A DNA stretch of 64,000 nt from an uncultured Gemmatimonadales bacterium (GCA_963809895.1 CAWELD010000010.1:352001-416000), one strand, 5' to 3'; positions 19,549 to 32,688 are shown, counted from the stretch's first letter. Made by a program: numbers and translations. Notes: generated from the sequence alone by a model not told the origin.

Positions 19549-21150
19549 CTACCCCGTGGGGATGGCCACCGTGGTCACGCTGTGAGCGGCGACCGTGACC
19601 TGGACTTCGTCACCCGACACGGGCTGGGTCGCCGCGATGGCCTTCCAGCGCTCCTCGCCCCAGGACGACTCGCCGGTCACGGTGCCGGTGGCCTGAGCGC
19701 CCTGCAGGCGGACCCGGACAAGCCGCTCCTCGTTGGTGTTGTTCACCACCACCACCACCAGACGCCCGTCTCGGGGATCCCGGAATCCGGTTGCGATCAC
19801 GCGCGCGTTGTCGCTGTCCGTGCCGATCCGCACCGCACCCGGCGCGAGCCAGCGCGCGTAGTGGCCGATGGCGCGCGCCACGCCGGTGATGAGGATCTTC
19901 CCCTGGTCCACGTCCACCAGGACCAGATGGCTGTGTTGGCTGAGGAAGGACACGCCCTGTCCGCCGAAATGCTCCTCGTGGGTGCGCGAGTCCCAGAGCA
20001 CGTTCATGCCGAAGAAGGCCGAGGCACCCGCGTACACGAAGTTGTCGTGGATGTGGATGGCCCGGGCCAGGAGGTTCTCCATGGCGCCGAAGGGATAGTC
20101 GTCGTTGCCGGGCCCTTCGGAGACCTCCGTGAGCCAGACCGGAAGCCCGTATTGGTCGCCCAGGGCGCGGAGTTGCTCCATCTGCTGGACCGCCACAGGG
20201 TCGGGGTTGCCGCTCCCTGAGGTGTCGAGGATGCGTTGGACGCTGGAGTACGTGGATTCGTAGGGGTAGGGGTGATAGCCGATGACTCCCACGTATTGGC
20301 GCGCGTCGGGGTCGGCCAGGATGGCGGAGGCCACCTGCAGTGTCCGGCTCGCGGTCTCCTCGTTCGGCACGATGAACTTCACGTCTCCGTAGCCGGCCGC
20401 CGCGAGCCGCGCCCCGACCGCTTTCACCAGGTCGACCACTTCGGGAATCGACGTGGTGGTGAGCTCCTTGTTTCCCGAGGTCGGCTCGTTGAACAGCTCG
20501 AGTCGTTTCGGGCGCAGGCCGTAGACGTCGGTCCAGCGCTGGACCGTGGCCAGCACGTGCTCGGACGCCTCGTCGAGATAGCGCTGATAGTCCTGGGACC
20601 GGATGTCGGCCAACCAGGTCTGGATCCAGCGCATGCTCACGGAGGGCCCCAGCGTCGCATCGCTGTAGCCGTACGCGCGAGCAGGCTCGACGAGCTGGTG
20701 GTAGGTGTCGTCCGCGCCCTCCCAGTTGAATCCGTCCGGAGCCATCACGAAGGGGTCGTCGTTGTCGTTTCGGCGCTGGCCGAACGGGTCGGACGCCCCT
20801 GCCGGCGTCTCCACGATTCCCGACGACAGGAGGCCCAGCGAAACCCCCACCTCCTGATAGGCGGCTCGCACCGCGTCGTCGCGGTAGGCCCCGAGATGAT
20901 CATCGTCCCCGTAGACCAGTGAGATGGCGTTTCCCCCGAATCCGTCCAGGGTCTGATGGGTCGCACCGGCGTTGACCGTGATGATCGCGGTGTCCGAGGG
21001 CTCCGTCGTGGGCGGCTCCGGAGTGGGCTCGGTGATGCCGGCGCTGCTGCACGCTTGCATGACGAGAACCAGCGCCACCGCGACCGGGAACGGCCCGGCA
21101 CGGCGGGTGGCGCCGGCCGGAGCCGGTTTCGGAGGATGGCGTGGCGTCAT
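19549..21150 (-). CDS. GH30-like glycoside hydrolase, probable lipoprotein
   Basis: Lipobox-like MQAC; QTLDGFGG, FNEP (acid/base), VWLTE (nucleophile); C-terminal beta-sandwich. Confidence 0.78.
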   Translation of the reverse strand: MTPRHPPKPAPAGATRRAGPFPVAVALVLVMQACSSAGITEPTPEPPTTEPSDTAIITVNAGATHQTLDGFGGNAISLVYGDDDHLGAYRDDAVRAAYQEVGVSLGLLSSGIVETPAGASDPFGQRRNDNDDPFVMAPDGFNWEGADDTYHQLVEPARAYGYSDATLGPSVSMRWIQTWLADIRSQDYQRYLDEASEHVLATVQRWTDVYGLRPKRLELFNEPTSGNKELTTTSIPEVVDLVKAVGARLAAAGYGDVKFIVPNEETASRTLQVASAILADPDARQYVGVIGYHPYPYESTYSSVQRILDTSGSGNPDPVAVQQMEQLRALGDQYGLPVWLTEVSEGPGNDDYPFGAMENLLARAIHIHDNFVYAGASAFFGMNVLWDSRTHEEHFGGQGVSFLSQHSHLVLVDVDQGKILITGVARAIGHYARWLAPGAVRIGTDSDNARVIATGFRDPRDGRLVVVVVNNTNEERLVRVRLQGAQATGTVTGESSWGEERWKAIAATQPVSGDEVQVTVAAHSVTTVAIPTG

Positions 21151-21216
21151 GAGGAGGGGCGCTCGGTGGCGGGTGGCAGGAGGGAGGTCTCAGGATGCCG
21201 CTTCGACGGTTCGCAG

Positions 21217-21233
21217 TGCAATGCCCGTGCCGG
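21217..21233 (-). promoter_or_regulatory. sigma54 -24/-12 promoter upstream of the GH30-like gene
   Basis: CCGGCACGGGCATTGCA on the - strand (GG-N10-GC) in the intergenic gap. Confidence 0.65.
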
Positions 21234-21240
21234 CTGGAGA

Positions 21241-22362
21241 TCAGGGGAGCGAGTCTCCGGGCAGCGGGGCGTCCCGGGGAAGCAGCTCGAACGGGTCGGC
21301 CACGGTCTTCACGCCGCTGGTGAGGTCCGCTACGGCCCGTTCCAGGCTTCCGTGGGCTTCGAGGTAGGCCGCGAAGTCCGGGAGTCGGTGGTAGTAGCGC
21401 ATCTGGCCGAGGAGCACGGCGTTGTTGAGCGGGCGGTCCAGGAATCCCCCGAATCGAAGCGACTCGAAGGTGGGAGCCACCTCGGTCTCGAAGCGGGTCC
21501 GGTGGCGCTCGTAGACGGCCTGCCGCTGGTCCAACTTGGCCTGATACGTCAGCGTGCTGTCGCTGTACACCGCCTGCAGGTCCGCCACCAGGCCGTCGAG
21601 GAATCGGCTGTACCGCTGCGCGTCGCGCCAGCGGGCCTGGGCGCGGAGACACTTGGCCGTGTCGGGTCCGCCTCCCTGCCTGCGGCAGAAGAACGCCACG
21701 GATCCGGCCCGCCCCACGAAGGTCGCGAAGCTCTCGTTGAACTGCACCCGCCCGGGAACGAACAGGTGGTTGTGGGAGAGCTCGTGGATGATCGTGCTGA
21801 CCAGTTCTACCGCATCGCGACCGAGGATCGAGGACAGGAGCGGGTCCGCGAACCAGCCCAGGGTGCTGAACGCCGAGGTGGGCCGCAGGAGGGTGTCGAA
21901 CCCGTCCTTGTCCAGATCCTGCTGCGCGTCGAGTGCGTCGCCCTCGTCGAAGAAGCCGCGATAGGGAACGTGGCCCACGATGGGGAACCACCAGGTCTTG
22001 GGCACGAGACGGTCGCGGTAGGACGCGGACAGCACCAGGGCCAGCGTATCCGAATCGAGCTGGGTGAAGCTGGTGTAGCTGTCGCCCACCCGAAGGTGCA
22101 GGCTATCCCGGGCGAACCTGCGGGCCTCCATGGCGAAGGTGAGGAGATCCCGGGTCTCGGGTGGGGTCTCCGGGTCCAGGATCACCTCGGGAATCGGACG
22201 GCGAGCCGCCAGGATCCTGGCCTCCGCGATCCCGGCCTTGATGACGTAGATGGGCGAGCAGCCCGTGACCGCCACGCCGGCGGCGGCCGCCGCGGCGAGG
22301 CCGAGAGCGGTGAGCGACAGGCGACGTCGCAGTCGTCGGGGCTTGGATCTCGTGGTGCTCAC
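21241..22362 (-). CDS. Putative zinc aminopeptidase (HEXXH), probable lipoprotein
   Basis: VTGC lipobox; FPIVGHVPYRGFF, AFSTLGWFADP, IHELSH, FNESFATF. Confidence 0.82.
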   Translation of the reverse strand: MSTTRSKPRRLRRRLSLTALGLAAAAAAGVAVTGCSPIYVIKAGIAEARILAARRPIPEVILDPETPPETRDLLTFAMEARRFARDSLHLRVGDSYTSFTQLDSDTLALVLSASYRDRLVPKTWWFPIVGHVPYRGFFDEGDALDAQQDLDKDGFDTLLRPTSAFSTLGWFADPLLSSILGRDAVELVSTIIHELSHNHLFVPGRVQFNESFATFVGRAGSVAFFCRRQGGGPDTAKCLRAQARWRDAQRYSRFLDGLVADLQAVYSDSTLTYQAKLDQRQAVYERHRTRFETEVAPTFESLRFGGFLDRPLNNAVLLGQMRYYHRLPDFAAYLEAHGSLERAVADLTSGVKTVADPFELLPRDAPLPGDSLP

Positions 22363-22448
22363 GAACCCTGATACCACGACGGGTGCGCCGGGTTCGGCGC
22401 ACCCGTCACGCGCGGGCGTGAGTGGCGGACCGAGGGCGCGGGCGGTTG

Positions 22449-22895
22449 TCAGCCGTAGATGAGGGCCCAGAACGAGTCGGCGGTGTGCTCCAGCCAGTTG
22501 TTCCACGGCCAGGCGGTAATCCAGCCCCACAGCTCGACGGGCGACCAGGCCCACCCCAGCGGGACGAAGATCACATACCAGATCACTGCCGCCCAGGCGA
22601 TCTCGCGGAGCATTCGGCTCCCGGTCACGCGGGTCTGCTTGCGCCGATCCGACTCTTCGGGATCGCGCCCGTTGACGGCATCGATGGTCATGACGAAGCC
22701 GCGCCGGTAGAACGAGATCGCGTCCCGGAGCGTGCGTGCCGCTTCGGTGGGGTGTTCCCCGTCCATGGTCGCCTGCACGAGCGTCACGGAGAAGCGGACC
22801 ATGGCGCGAACGAGCAGCGGGATCCAGAAGACGAGTCCGATGACGCCCCACACCCCGAGGCAGACACCCAGGATGCCGCGGCCAAGAACCCACAA
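22449..22895 (-). CDS. Hypothetical membrane protein (N-terminus may extend to 23022 across a frameshift)
   Basis: Trp-rich hydrophobic helices; strong GGAGGAG RBS before ATG 23022 in a different frame. Confidence 0.55.
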   Translation of the reverse strand: MWVLGRGILGVCLGVWGVIGLVFWIPLLVRAMVRFSVTLVQATMDGEHPTEAARTLRDAISFYRRGFVMTIDAVNGRDPEESDRRKQTRVTGSRMLREIAWAAVIWYVIFVPLGWAWSPVELWGWITAWPWNNWLEHTADSFWALIYG

Positions 22896-23052
22896 GGCAT
22901 TGTCAGCGCCCGCCGTGCGGGTGTCTTCGGCAGGCGCCTCCTCCTCCGCAGGGTGCTCTCGGTAGTGGAGCGTCGGAGGCTCGCGTCTAAAGACGCTGTC
23001 CGATGTGCGGATCCATGTTCATCTCCTCCTCCGGTGCGAGGGTCTGCGGCCA

Positions 23053-23703
23053 CTACCGGCTGCCCTTCGGACGCCCCGAGCCGGTGGGGCGGGAGAGGGG
23101 CTCTGCGTGGAGTCCGAGGGCATCATCGACGCTGCCAATGCCCGAGCTGTCGAGGCCCATGCCGATCTGGCTCTCCCCTTGCGCGTCGGCGAAGACCAGG
23201 TTTGCCTCGTCGGCGCTCGTGAGGCCCAGCACGGCCCTGGGCACTCCCCTGCCGTCGGCGAAGACGAGCGTCGTGGTCTGGTCCGGAAGAAGGCCGAGCA
23301 CGGCACGCCGTTGACCGGTCTCGTTGACCAGGGCAATCCCGGGAAAACCGCGGATTGAAGGACCGTCAGGTTCAGACGTTGCTGGCCCTGGCGATCCATG
23401 AGGGTGAGACGCGCATCGCCCCGCTCATCCACTCCCCATTCACCGCGGGCGCGGCCTTCGACGTCCAGGAGCCGGATCCGCTGGGTTTCGAGGAGCTCCC
23501 TGGAGTAGTCCAGACCGAACAGGTCGGGTCGAGCGGATTCCGAGAGCGAGCAAGGCCATCAGGAAGGTGAACCCGAATCCCATGAGCCGCAGGCGGCTGC
23601 GTAGGCGTTCGTTCTTCTGCTCCAGCACCGAAAGGCGGGCCCGGATGCGGTCTTCGATCTCTCGCAATGCGCCGAGGTCGGTGGGGCGTGTGGGGTCGGT
23701 TCA
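23053..23703 (-). CDS. Hypothetical membrane-anchored protein (frameshifted; coiled coil, TM, beta-repeat region)
   Basis: Fragments in different frames: IRARLSVLEQKNERLR..FGFTFLMALLA; DARLTLMDRQGQQRLNL; TTLVFADGRGVPRAVLGL. Confidence 0.55.
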
Positions 23704-23724
23704 CGAGGTCATCTCCGCCGGTCG

Positions 23725-25082
23725 TCATGGAAGGAATGCCGGCCACGTACTCCTCTTCGACGGTGAGGAAGTACGATCGTGCGGCCCGATGCAGCAGCTC
23801 GGGTGCAAGGCGAGGGGCCTCGCCACGGAAGTCCGCCACCGATTCGATCTGGTGGAGTAGATCCCGAGGATGGCAGCCGCGGGGTCGGAAACCGAGGCGG
23901 TCGTAGTAGTCGTGAAAAAGCAGGTCCACGGCCGATGGATCATAGGGTATGTCGCGGTCGAGACACTCCATTCGGAGGATCTCGTCGAACGCGTCCCGAT
24001 CGGGACTCCGGACCTCGACCTTGAACTGGATCCGGCGCAGGAAGGCCTCATCGACCAGGTCTCGTGGATTGAGGTTCGTGGCGAAGACCAGGAGACAGTC
24101 GAACGGCACCGGGAATTTCGTGCCCGTGTGCAGGGAGAGGGTATCGAAGTGCTTTTCCAGGGGGACGATCCAGCGGTTGAGAAGCTCGGCGGGCGGCATG
24201 CGTTGTCGGCCGAAGTCGTCCACGACCAGCACGCCGCCGGTGGCTTTCACCTGGAAGGGCGCCTGATAGACCTTCGAGTGCGGATCGTACTTGAGGTCGA
24301 GCTGATCCAGCGTGAGCTCACCTCCCACGAAGACGGACGGTCGCCTCACGTGCATGAAACGCCGGTCCCATGCGGTGTCCTTCGCGCAGGAGCGCCTCTC
24401 CCGTTCGGGCATTTCCGGACGGTGCCGACCGATGGTAGATCGGGTCCTCCATGACGATGACGTGGGCAGCGACCATCAGGGCACGAGGGAGGTAGACGGC
24501 CTCGGAAGTGAGGGATCCCAACCGCTCCGCGATCGCGGTCTTACCGTTCCCGGAGCTCCGTGCAGGAAGATGGAGCTCCCGGAGTTGATGGCCGGGCCCA
24601 GCCCGTCGAACACGGCGTCCGGGAACACCAGATCGGAGAACGCGGCCCGCAGCACCTCCCTTCGTACCCTGACGTTCCTGACGGATTGACGCCGGACCCA
24701 CTCCCGAAAGGTCTCGAGGGTCACGGGAGCAGGGCCCACGTACTGGCTCGAGTCCATGGCCCTGCGCGCGCGATGCCGTACCCTGATCCGTGAGGCCGAA
24801 GGTGTAGCCGGATCGCCCGTGCCCCCGAGTGGCGAGGACCTCGAGAAAATGTCGCTGCTGTAGCGTGAGCAGGAGGTCGTCGATCACGGGATAGGCGAGG
24901 GCCATGGCCAGCGCGAGCTCCTCTCCGGTAAGGGCACCTCGCCGGAAGAGGATCTTCATGGCCAGATCCGAGATATGGCCTTCCGTCAGTCCGGTGTCGG
25001 CGACGGTCAGGGGGCTCGGCGGCGCGTCGATGGCATCGCCTTCGGGGTCCCGTCGGTCCTCAATGACGCTGATCGAGCTCAT
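23725..25082 (-). CDS. AAA+ ATPase (frameshifted) downstream of the Tad genes
   Basis: Reconstructed Walker A LHGAPGNGKT; VLVVDDFGRQ Walker B; LNRWIVPLE, FATNL, DEAFLRRI; N-terminal winged-helix-like segment. 3' end approximate. Confidence 0.8.
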
Positions 25083-25513
25083 GGGACATCTCCCTTCGAC
25101 CGAAGCTGCACCCCTGACGGTGTCGCGGCCGGTCGCGTCCGGCGGACGGACAGACTGCGGGGCGGAAGCCAGGTCAACTCGTCGCCAGTCGTGGTTTCCG
25201 TGGCTTCGATCGTCCCTGCCGGCACCTCGAGAACGTAGTGGGCACTGGTCACACGCTTGGGTTTCTCCCAGGGACGGACGCGGGGAATGGAGCGCAGCAC
25301 CCGCCCCGAATCATCCAGGAAGATCAGGTCGAGGGGGAAGCGCATGCCGTACGTGTGCACAGAGTTGCAGGGGACGAGCAGCATTCCTTCGCCTTCCGCA
25401 GGGCTCGGCCTGCCGAGATACCCTCTCATTCGGCTCCAGAACGTGTAGGCCACGCGAATGCGCGAGCCCAGAACCGTTCCCCGGGTTCGGTTGATGATGC
25501 GCACGCCGCTCAT
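25079..25513 (-). CDS. DUF192-family protein
   Basis: VAYTFWSRMRGYLGR, GMLLVPCNSVHTYGMRFPLDLIFLD, YVLEVPAG. Confidence 0.85.
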   Translation of the reverse strand: MSGVRIINRTRGTVLGSRIRVAYTFWSRMRGYLGRPSPAEGEGMLLVPCNSVHTYGMRFPLDLIFLDDSGRVLRSIPRVRPWEKPKRVTSAHYVLEVPAGTIEATETTTGDELTWLPPRSLSVRRTRPAATPSGVQLRSKGDVP

Positions 25514-26431
25514 CCGAGTCCGCTCAACGTCTGGAAGATCTGGATGAGGGCCGGCCCGAGGATCACGACGAACAGAGCCGGAAAGATGCAGAGGGCGAGC
25601 GGGAAGATGAGCTTGATCGTGGTCTTGGCCGCTGCCTCTTCCGCGCGCTGCTTCCGCTTGGTGCGCAGGCTTTCCGAATGCACCCGCAGCGAGCGTGCGA
25701 CCGACGTGCCGAACCGCTCGGTCTGGATGAGCATCGTCACCAGGGAGCGACGTCGCGCACGCCGGTTCTGTCGGCCATCCCCATGAGTGCGCGTTCCCGG
25801 GGCGTGCCGGCCCGCATCTCGAGATTGGCCTGAGCGATCTCCTCCGTGAGGAGCATGGCTGACGTGGCGCATTTCGGTGGCGACGCGCAGGAGGGCCTGG
25901 TTCAGGCCCAAGCCCGCTTCCACGCAGATCACCAGGAGGTCCAGGGCGTCGGGAAGCGCCTTCTGGATGGTGCGCTGTCGGCGCCGGATCCTGATGCTGA
26001 GGAGGAAGCTCGGCACTACCCAACCCACCGTGGCGCCCCAGAGACTCATGAGCAGGACGGAGTTCCGGTCCACCCGGCGCGGCTGAGCAGAGCGGTGCAG
26101 CCCACGAACAGTCCGGCGGCCGCGGTGAGGCGAATTCCCAGATAGAGGGGAAGCGCCACGCTTTCGCGATAGCCGGCATGAATGAGGCGGGCGCGCAATG
26201 GGCCCCAATCGCGGCTCATGGGCTGAACCTTCTCGCCCAGGACCTGGAGCAGGTCCTGAAGCCGGCTCTCCCGACGTCGCCGCGACGCCTGTCCGTCGTC
26301 ACGGCCATGGAGACCGAGCTCCACCATGCGCGCCCGCAGTGTTCGATTCTGTGCAGGCAGGACGGCCAGGAACATCCGAAGACCAGGAGTCCCGTGGCCA
26401 GCGCCACCGTGACGACGATGAGATAGAGCAT
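25510..26431 (-). CDS. tadC: Tad pilus platform protein TadC (T2SS-F family), frameshifted
   Basis: LPDALDLLVICVEAGLGL, QTERFGTSVARSL, AEEAAAK..KLIFPL. Confidence 0.87.
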
Positions 26432-26440
26432 CGGGGCTCC

Positions 26441-27436
26441 TCAGATGTCGATCTTGATGATGGAGCGGATCCACAGCACGCCGAGGACCTGCAGAAAGAC
26501 GGCCGTTCCCAGAAGGGCCAGCCCCCCGATATTGCCGAAGAGGACCATCATGTAGTCGGGCTCCATCAGGAAGATCACCGAGCCGACGAAGACCGGCAGC
26601 GACCCGAGAATCCATCCGCTCATCCGGCCCTGGGCCGTGTAGACCCGGAGCTGACGGCGGATGTAGAATCGGCCGCGGATCGTGTGAGCGAGATTGTCCA
26701 GGATCTCGGCGAGGTTGCCGCCCACGTCCCGCTGGATCGAGGACGGCGGTGACGAAGATGCGGACGTCCACCGAGTCCATGCGGTCCACCATGCACAGCA
26801 GGGCGTCCTCGAAGGGGAGGCCGAAGCGCTGCTCCTCGAAGACTGTGCCGGAACTCGTCGCCCACCGGGTTCGGGCACCTCTTCGGCGACCATGCGGATT
26901 CCGGCCGAGACGGGATGGCCGGCCCGGATGGCGCGCGCCCAGCAGGTCGATGGCCTCGGGAAACTGCTCCTCGAAGGCCCGCAGCCGCGGCCGCTTCTGC
27001 GCCTCGCAAGCACAGATAGGGGAGCCATGCGCCACACCGCGGCCGCGATTGTCGCGAGAATGATCGAATGGACCAGCAGGAGAAGGCGATGCCGCGCCCG
27101 CAGCCACCGCGACCGTGAGGAGCAAGGAAGGTCTCGACGCCCAGGTCCACATCGCGCCTGCTCGCAACAGGTCGCTCGGCCGTTCGCATGCCCGGGAAAC
27201 GCCGTCGACCAGCTCCATGGCGAGTGTCCCGTCCGAGGCGGCACCGGCATCACGGACCAGAGCCTCGTGCTCCGCTGAGCGGGCGCGGCCTCGCCCATGC
27301 AGTCGGTCGATGCGTCGGCGTGTCTTTCGCCGTCGCGACCAGTCCCGCAGCGCCTCCCAGAGGAGCGCCACCGAGAGCGTCGCCGAAGACCGGCAGCGAT
27401 GAAGGCCAGCAGCGGCCGGAAGCCATGGACGGCCAT
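26441..27436 (-). CDS. tadB: Tad pilus platform protein TadB, frameshifted
   Basis: FEEQFPEAIDLL, RAIRAGH, QRDVGGNLAEIL, TAQGRMSGWIL across frames. Confidence 0.85.
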   Translation of the reverse strand: MAVHGFRPLLAFIAAGLRRRSRWRSSGRRCGTGRDGERHADASTDCMGEAAPAQRSTRLWSVMPVPPRTGHSPWSWSTAFPGHANGRATCCEQARCGPGRRDLPCSSRSRWLRARHRLLLLVHSIILATIAAAVWRMAPLSVLARRRSGRGCGPSRSSFPRPSTCWARAIRAGHPVSAGIRMVAEEVPEPGGRRVPAQSSRSSASASPSRTPCCAWWTAWTRWTSASSSPPSSIQRDVGGNLAEILDNLAHTIRGRFYIRRQLRVYTAQGRMSGWILGSLPVFVGSVIFLMEPDYMMVLFGNIGGLALLGTAVFLQVLGVLWIRSIIKIDI

Positions 27437-27438
27437 CG

Positions 27439-28830
<1,392 letters not shown>

Positions 28831-28834
28831 TCCC

Positions 28835-30048
28835 TCACTTTCCGGATCGCTTCTGACGCAGGGACTGGATGAAGGGCAGGATGCCCGACTTCGCTTCCTC
28901 GTCTCCAGCGGACCCGGCGAGACGCTTGCCCATCTTCGACATCGCTTGTGCGAAGCGGGAGCGGCCGCGCACGGCGGGTTGACCGAGGTTCAGGCTCTGA
29001 ACCACCGATTCGCCGTCCCACTCCAGCGTGGCGAAGATCTTGGTGCCCAGGGCCTCCGCGACTTCGCGACCGGAGACGCCGGTGCCGTCGCGGAATTGAT
29101 TGAGCACCACCTTCGCGGGTCCGGCTCCGTTGGTGGCGCCGCTCGGATCAGCTCCAGCGCTCTCTTCAGGTTGCGCAGCGTCGGAAGCTCGGGAGTGGAC
29201 ACCAGAAGCCGTTCTTCCGATTCCCGCAGGACCTCCAGGACACCAGGATTCATGTCCGATCCCGCATCGACGACGACGAAGGCGAAGTGCCGTTGACAGA
29301 GGCGCACGAGGCCCAGCATCTGTTCGGCGCCGGGCTGGCTTCCCGTGGTGACGAGGGGTCGGGGACGACAGCACTGAGACCCCGGAGGAATCGACTTCCA
29401 GGAACGACTTGAGGAGCTCGGCGTCCATGCGATGGAAGTTCTGGACGACGTCGAGATAGGAGTACCGCGGACGCAGGCCCAGGACGAGCGCCGCGGTTCC
29501 GAGTTGCGAGTTCAGGTCCAGAAGGAGCGTCCGCTCCTTGGTATGGGAGGCCAGGTAGCTCGCGAGATTCGCCGCCACCGTGGTCACCCCTGTGCCTCCC
29601 TTGGCGCTGAAGACCGAGATCAGGCGGCCGCGGGCGGTCGGCGCCTCGGGCGACGGTGGTGCCAGGCGCCGCCGGACGCGCTCGAAGGCCGACGCGACGT
29701 CTTCGGGGTCCAAGGGACGCGGGAGGTACTCCGGGCCGCCCCGGAGCGCATAACCTCCAGGAGCGCCTCGGCCCCGAGCGCCGGTCCAGCGACGATGAGC
29801 GTCATGTCGGGAGCGTCCTGGCTCAGGACCTTCATGACGCGCAGCCCCGTGGTCGAGGCGTCGCCCAGGTCGATGAACGCCACCTGCGGGTCGGCGCTCA
29901 GGATCTGGCTTACGGCCTCTCGCGGGAGCTCGTCCGCGAACTGGTGAGATCGAGGGCGACGCGCAGGTGCACATCCGGGCGGTGCGCCAGTTCGGCGACC
30001 TGGCGCCGAAATGCTTCGTCGCGAGAGATCAGCACGCAATCTCAGCAC
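28835..30048 (-). CDS. cpaE: CpaE/TadZ pilus localisation ATPase (receiver-like plus MinD-like), frameshifted
   Basis: SAKGGTGVTTVAANLA deviant Walker A; VVVDAG; ELPTLRNLKR. Confidence 0.85.
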
Positions 30049-30067
30049 GAGGACTCGCTCCTTCGAC

Positions 30068-31295
30068 TCAGAGCCGCAGGAAGAGGACCAGGGTACCGGT
30101 GGTGGGCCCGCCACCCGAACCGGTGGCCTGCGGATGAAGCGACCATTACGGGCGCCTGCGGGCTGGCCTGACTCCTCGATGAACATCAGGGCGAAGTCGT
30201 TGAACTTGATGGTCTGCATGCCGGAACCGTCGAGCTCGCCGGGCGGGAAGAGGGCGATCTTCACAACCCGCGGACTGTCCATCCAGTTGGGGCCGTACTG
30301 TGCCTGATCCCAGTTCACCACGCCTCCGCGCCCGCCGTTGGCCGTAGGATCCCACTCCGCGTTGGGATCGGCATCGATGAGCTCGCCGATGCCCTGAGCC
30401 GTGGGACCGATCATGTTCCGGGCTCGATCTCGTACTCGGTGCCGAGCTCCACGTCGCTTGCGTTGCAGGAGCAGATGTTCCGGCGATAGACGGCGCCGCC
30501 CTGCTCGCTGCCGCCACCCCCCTTGGTGCACTCCGGCATGTCCGGGTCTTCGGGAATGCGCCAGGGCAGGAAGACGCCCGGTGCGGGCACGTACGTGTCG
30601 TTGGGATCCGCCGCCTTGAGCTGGATGGGGCGGCCGTAGTCCTCCAGGAAGGCCGGGTTCCCGTAGTTGTCCCGGAATTCGCTTCCGTAGCTGGTGGCGC
30701 TCTGGTTCTCCAGGTCGGACTTGTCGGGATCGTACTTCTGATAGCGGTCCACGTCGGGGTTCCACTCCCAGTCCTCGTCGGGATCCCAGATGCGGTTGCC
30801 GTCGTCGTTGTCGTTGTCCTGCCACATGTCCGGCACCGCGAAGGGCTTGAGGCAGCTTCCTTCGCCCGCTTCGGAGGCCTGCGCGGCTGCCTTGGCCGCC
30901 ACGTCCACCGCGTTGATGCCGAGCACCCGTGCGAACCAGGTGCCCAGGCCGTTCCTGCGGATCCAGACCCGTACCTTGCGCTCGTCGGGCAGCACCTGGA
31001 CGGTCACCTCCGACGAGTCCACCTGGACATTTCGCACCACGTTGCGGAGGGCGTAGTCGTAGGCCCGTGCCCGCGCGGTGTCTTCCGCTTCGTCAGCGGG
31101 CAGATCGAGGAACGCGCTGCCCCCGGCCAAGGCCGCGGCATCGGCCACGCGTTGGGCCTCGCTCCGGGCGGTAAACGCCATGCCCAGGTCCACGGCGAGG
31201 GCGATCATCGCCAGCAGCGCGATCATGCTGATGGCGACGAGGACCAGGGTGGCGCCTCGTCTCGGGTCGTGGGCCGGGTGGGGGGTCGTGGGCAT
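30068..31295 (-). CDS. TadG-like minor pilin/adhesin, frameshifted
   Basis: RRGATLVLVA..ALAVDLG..AQRVADAAALAG Tad N-terminus; Asp-rich C-terminal region. Confidence 0.82.
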
Positions 31296-31310
31296 CGTCT
31301 CTCCTGGGCT

Positions 31311-32688
31311 TCAGCGCGGGCCCCCGCCCCCGTTCGGGGGGGCGGCGGTGGTATCGGCGCGGTTCCGGATCCAGTCCCCGATGTGCCCGTCCCAGTCCCA
31401 GGACTCGGGAGTCCCGGTCGGAAGGGCTGGCGCGGGAAGGTCGTCGGAGTCGAGGATGTACGGGGTCACCAGGACCAGGAGCTCGGTTCGGTTCTGGCGG
31501 ATACTCTCGGACCTGAACAGGTAGCCGAGGATGGGGATGTCCCCGAGGATGGGGAGCTTGTCCACGTCCTTGAGCATGGTGTTGTCCAGGAGCCCGCCGA
31601 TGGCCAGGGTCTGGCCGGATTGGAGCTCCACCGACGAGGTCACTCGGCGGGCGAGCACGCTGGGAATCTGGTAGCCCTGAAGGTGAGGCCGTTGGCGAAG
31701 TCCAGCGAGGAGACCTCCGGCTCCACCGTCGAGCCGGACGTTCCCGATGTTGGTGACGCCGGGCGTGAAGTTCAGCCGTATTCCGTACTCCTTCCAGGTG
31801 ATGGTGACGGTATTGTTCTGCCCCCGCCCTGAATGGAGCGGGAAGGGGAACTCGCCTCCGGCCAGGAACGGTCGCCTCCTGGCCCTCGATGGTCACCAGG
31901 TTGGGCTCAGCCAGACTCTTGAACTCACCCGAGTTCTTCAGCAACCGGATGACCGCATCGAGGCGTGAACCGTCGCCCTCCGCCATCAGCGTGACGATGC
32001 CTCCCGAGACCGTTTCGATCTCGTGGGTGTCTTCCTGATCGAATGCGTGATCCAGCGTCTCCGGGTTGAGGATATCCAACATGTCGGTGCCGAACTGCTT
32101 CATCACCGATCGGTTCACTTCGGCGAACTCCACGTGGAGGAGGATCTGCTCCGCTGCCGGCGCCGAAATGTTGTCCACGATGGGCACCTCGAGCGTGTTC
32201 GCCAGGTCCAGCGCCTTTCGGCGGACCGCGGGGTCCCGGACCTGGCCTGTGAGCACCACCGTCTGCCCGGTGGAGTTCACCTGGATGTCGTTGTCCGGAA
32301 AGAGGTCCACCAGTTGCCGCCTCAGGGACTCGATGTCGGCCGTTACCTCGATGGTGAACAACCTGGGAATGGAACTCGCTCCCCAGAGGATGAGCGTCGT
32401 CGTGCCGACGCTGATCGCGTTGACGATCACCTGATTGGGCTGATCGGAAGCGATCTGGACATCCGCGATCTGCGGGTCGGCGATGGAAACCCGCCGCAAG
32501 CTGTCCGGGCGCGTGATCACCGCGCTGGACCCTCGAGAAATGGAGATCACACCCTGGACTTCGGTCTGGATCGTCTCCTGACCCCGCAGAGCCTGGGGGG
32601 CCATCAGCGGCGCGAGCACGGCCAGGAGCACGGCTGAGGCACCGCGTCTGGCAGCCCGGATTCGCAGGACTTCCCGGATCTCGATCAT
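31311..32688 (-). CDS. cpaC: Pilus secretin CpaC/RcpA, frameshifted
   Basis: SIADPQIADV N-domain, QILLHVEFAEV, LAEPNL, KLPILGDIPILGYLF, ELLVLVTP. Confidence 0.88.
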
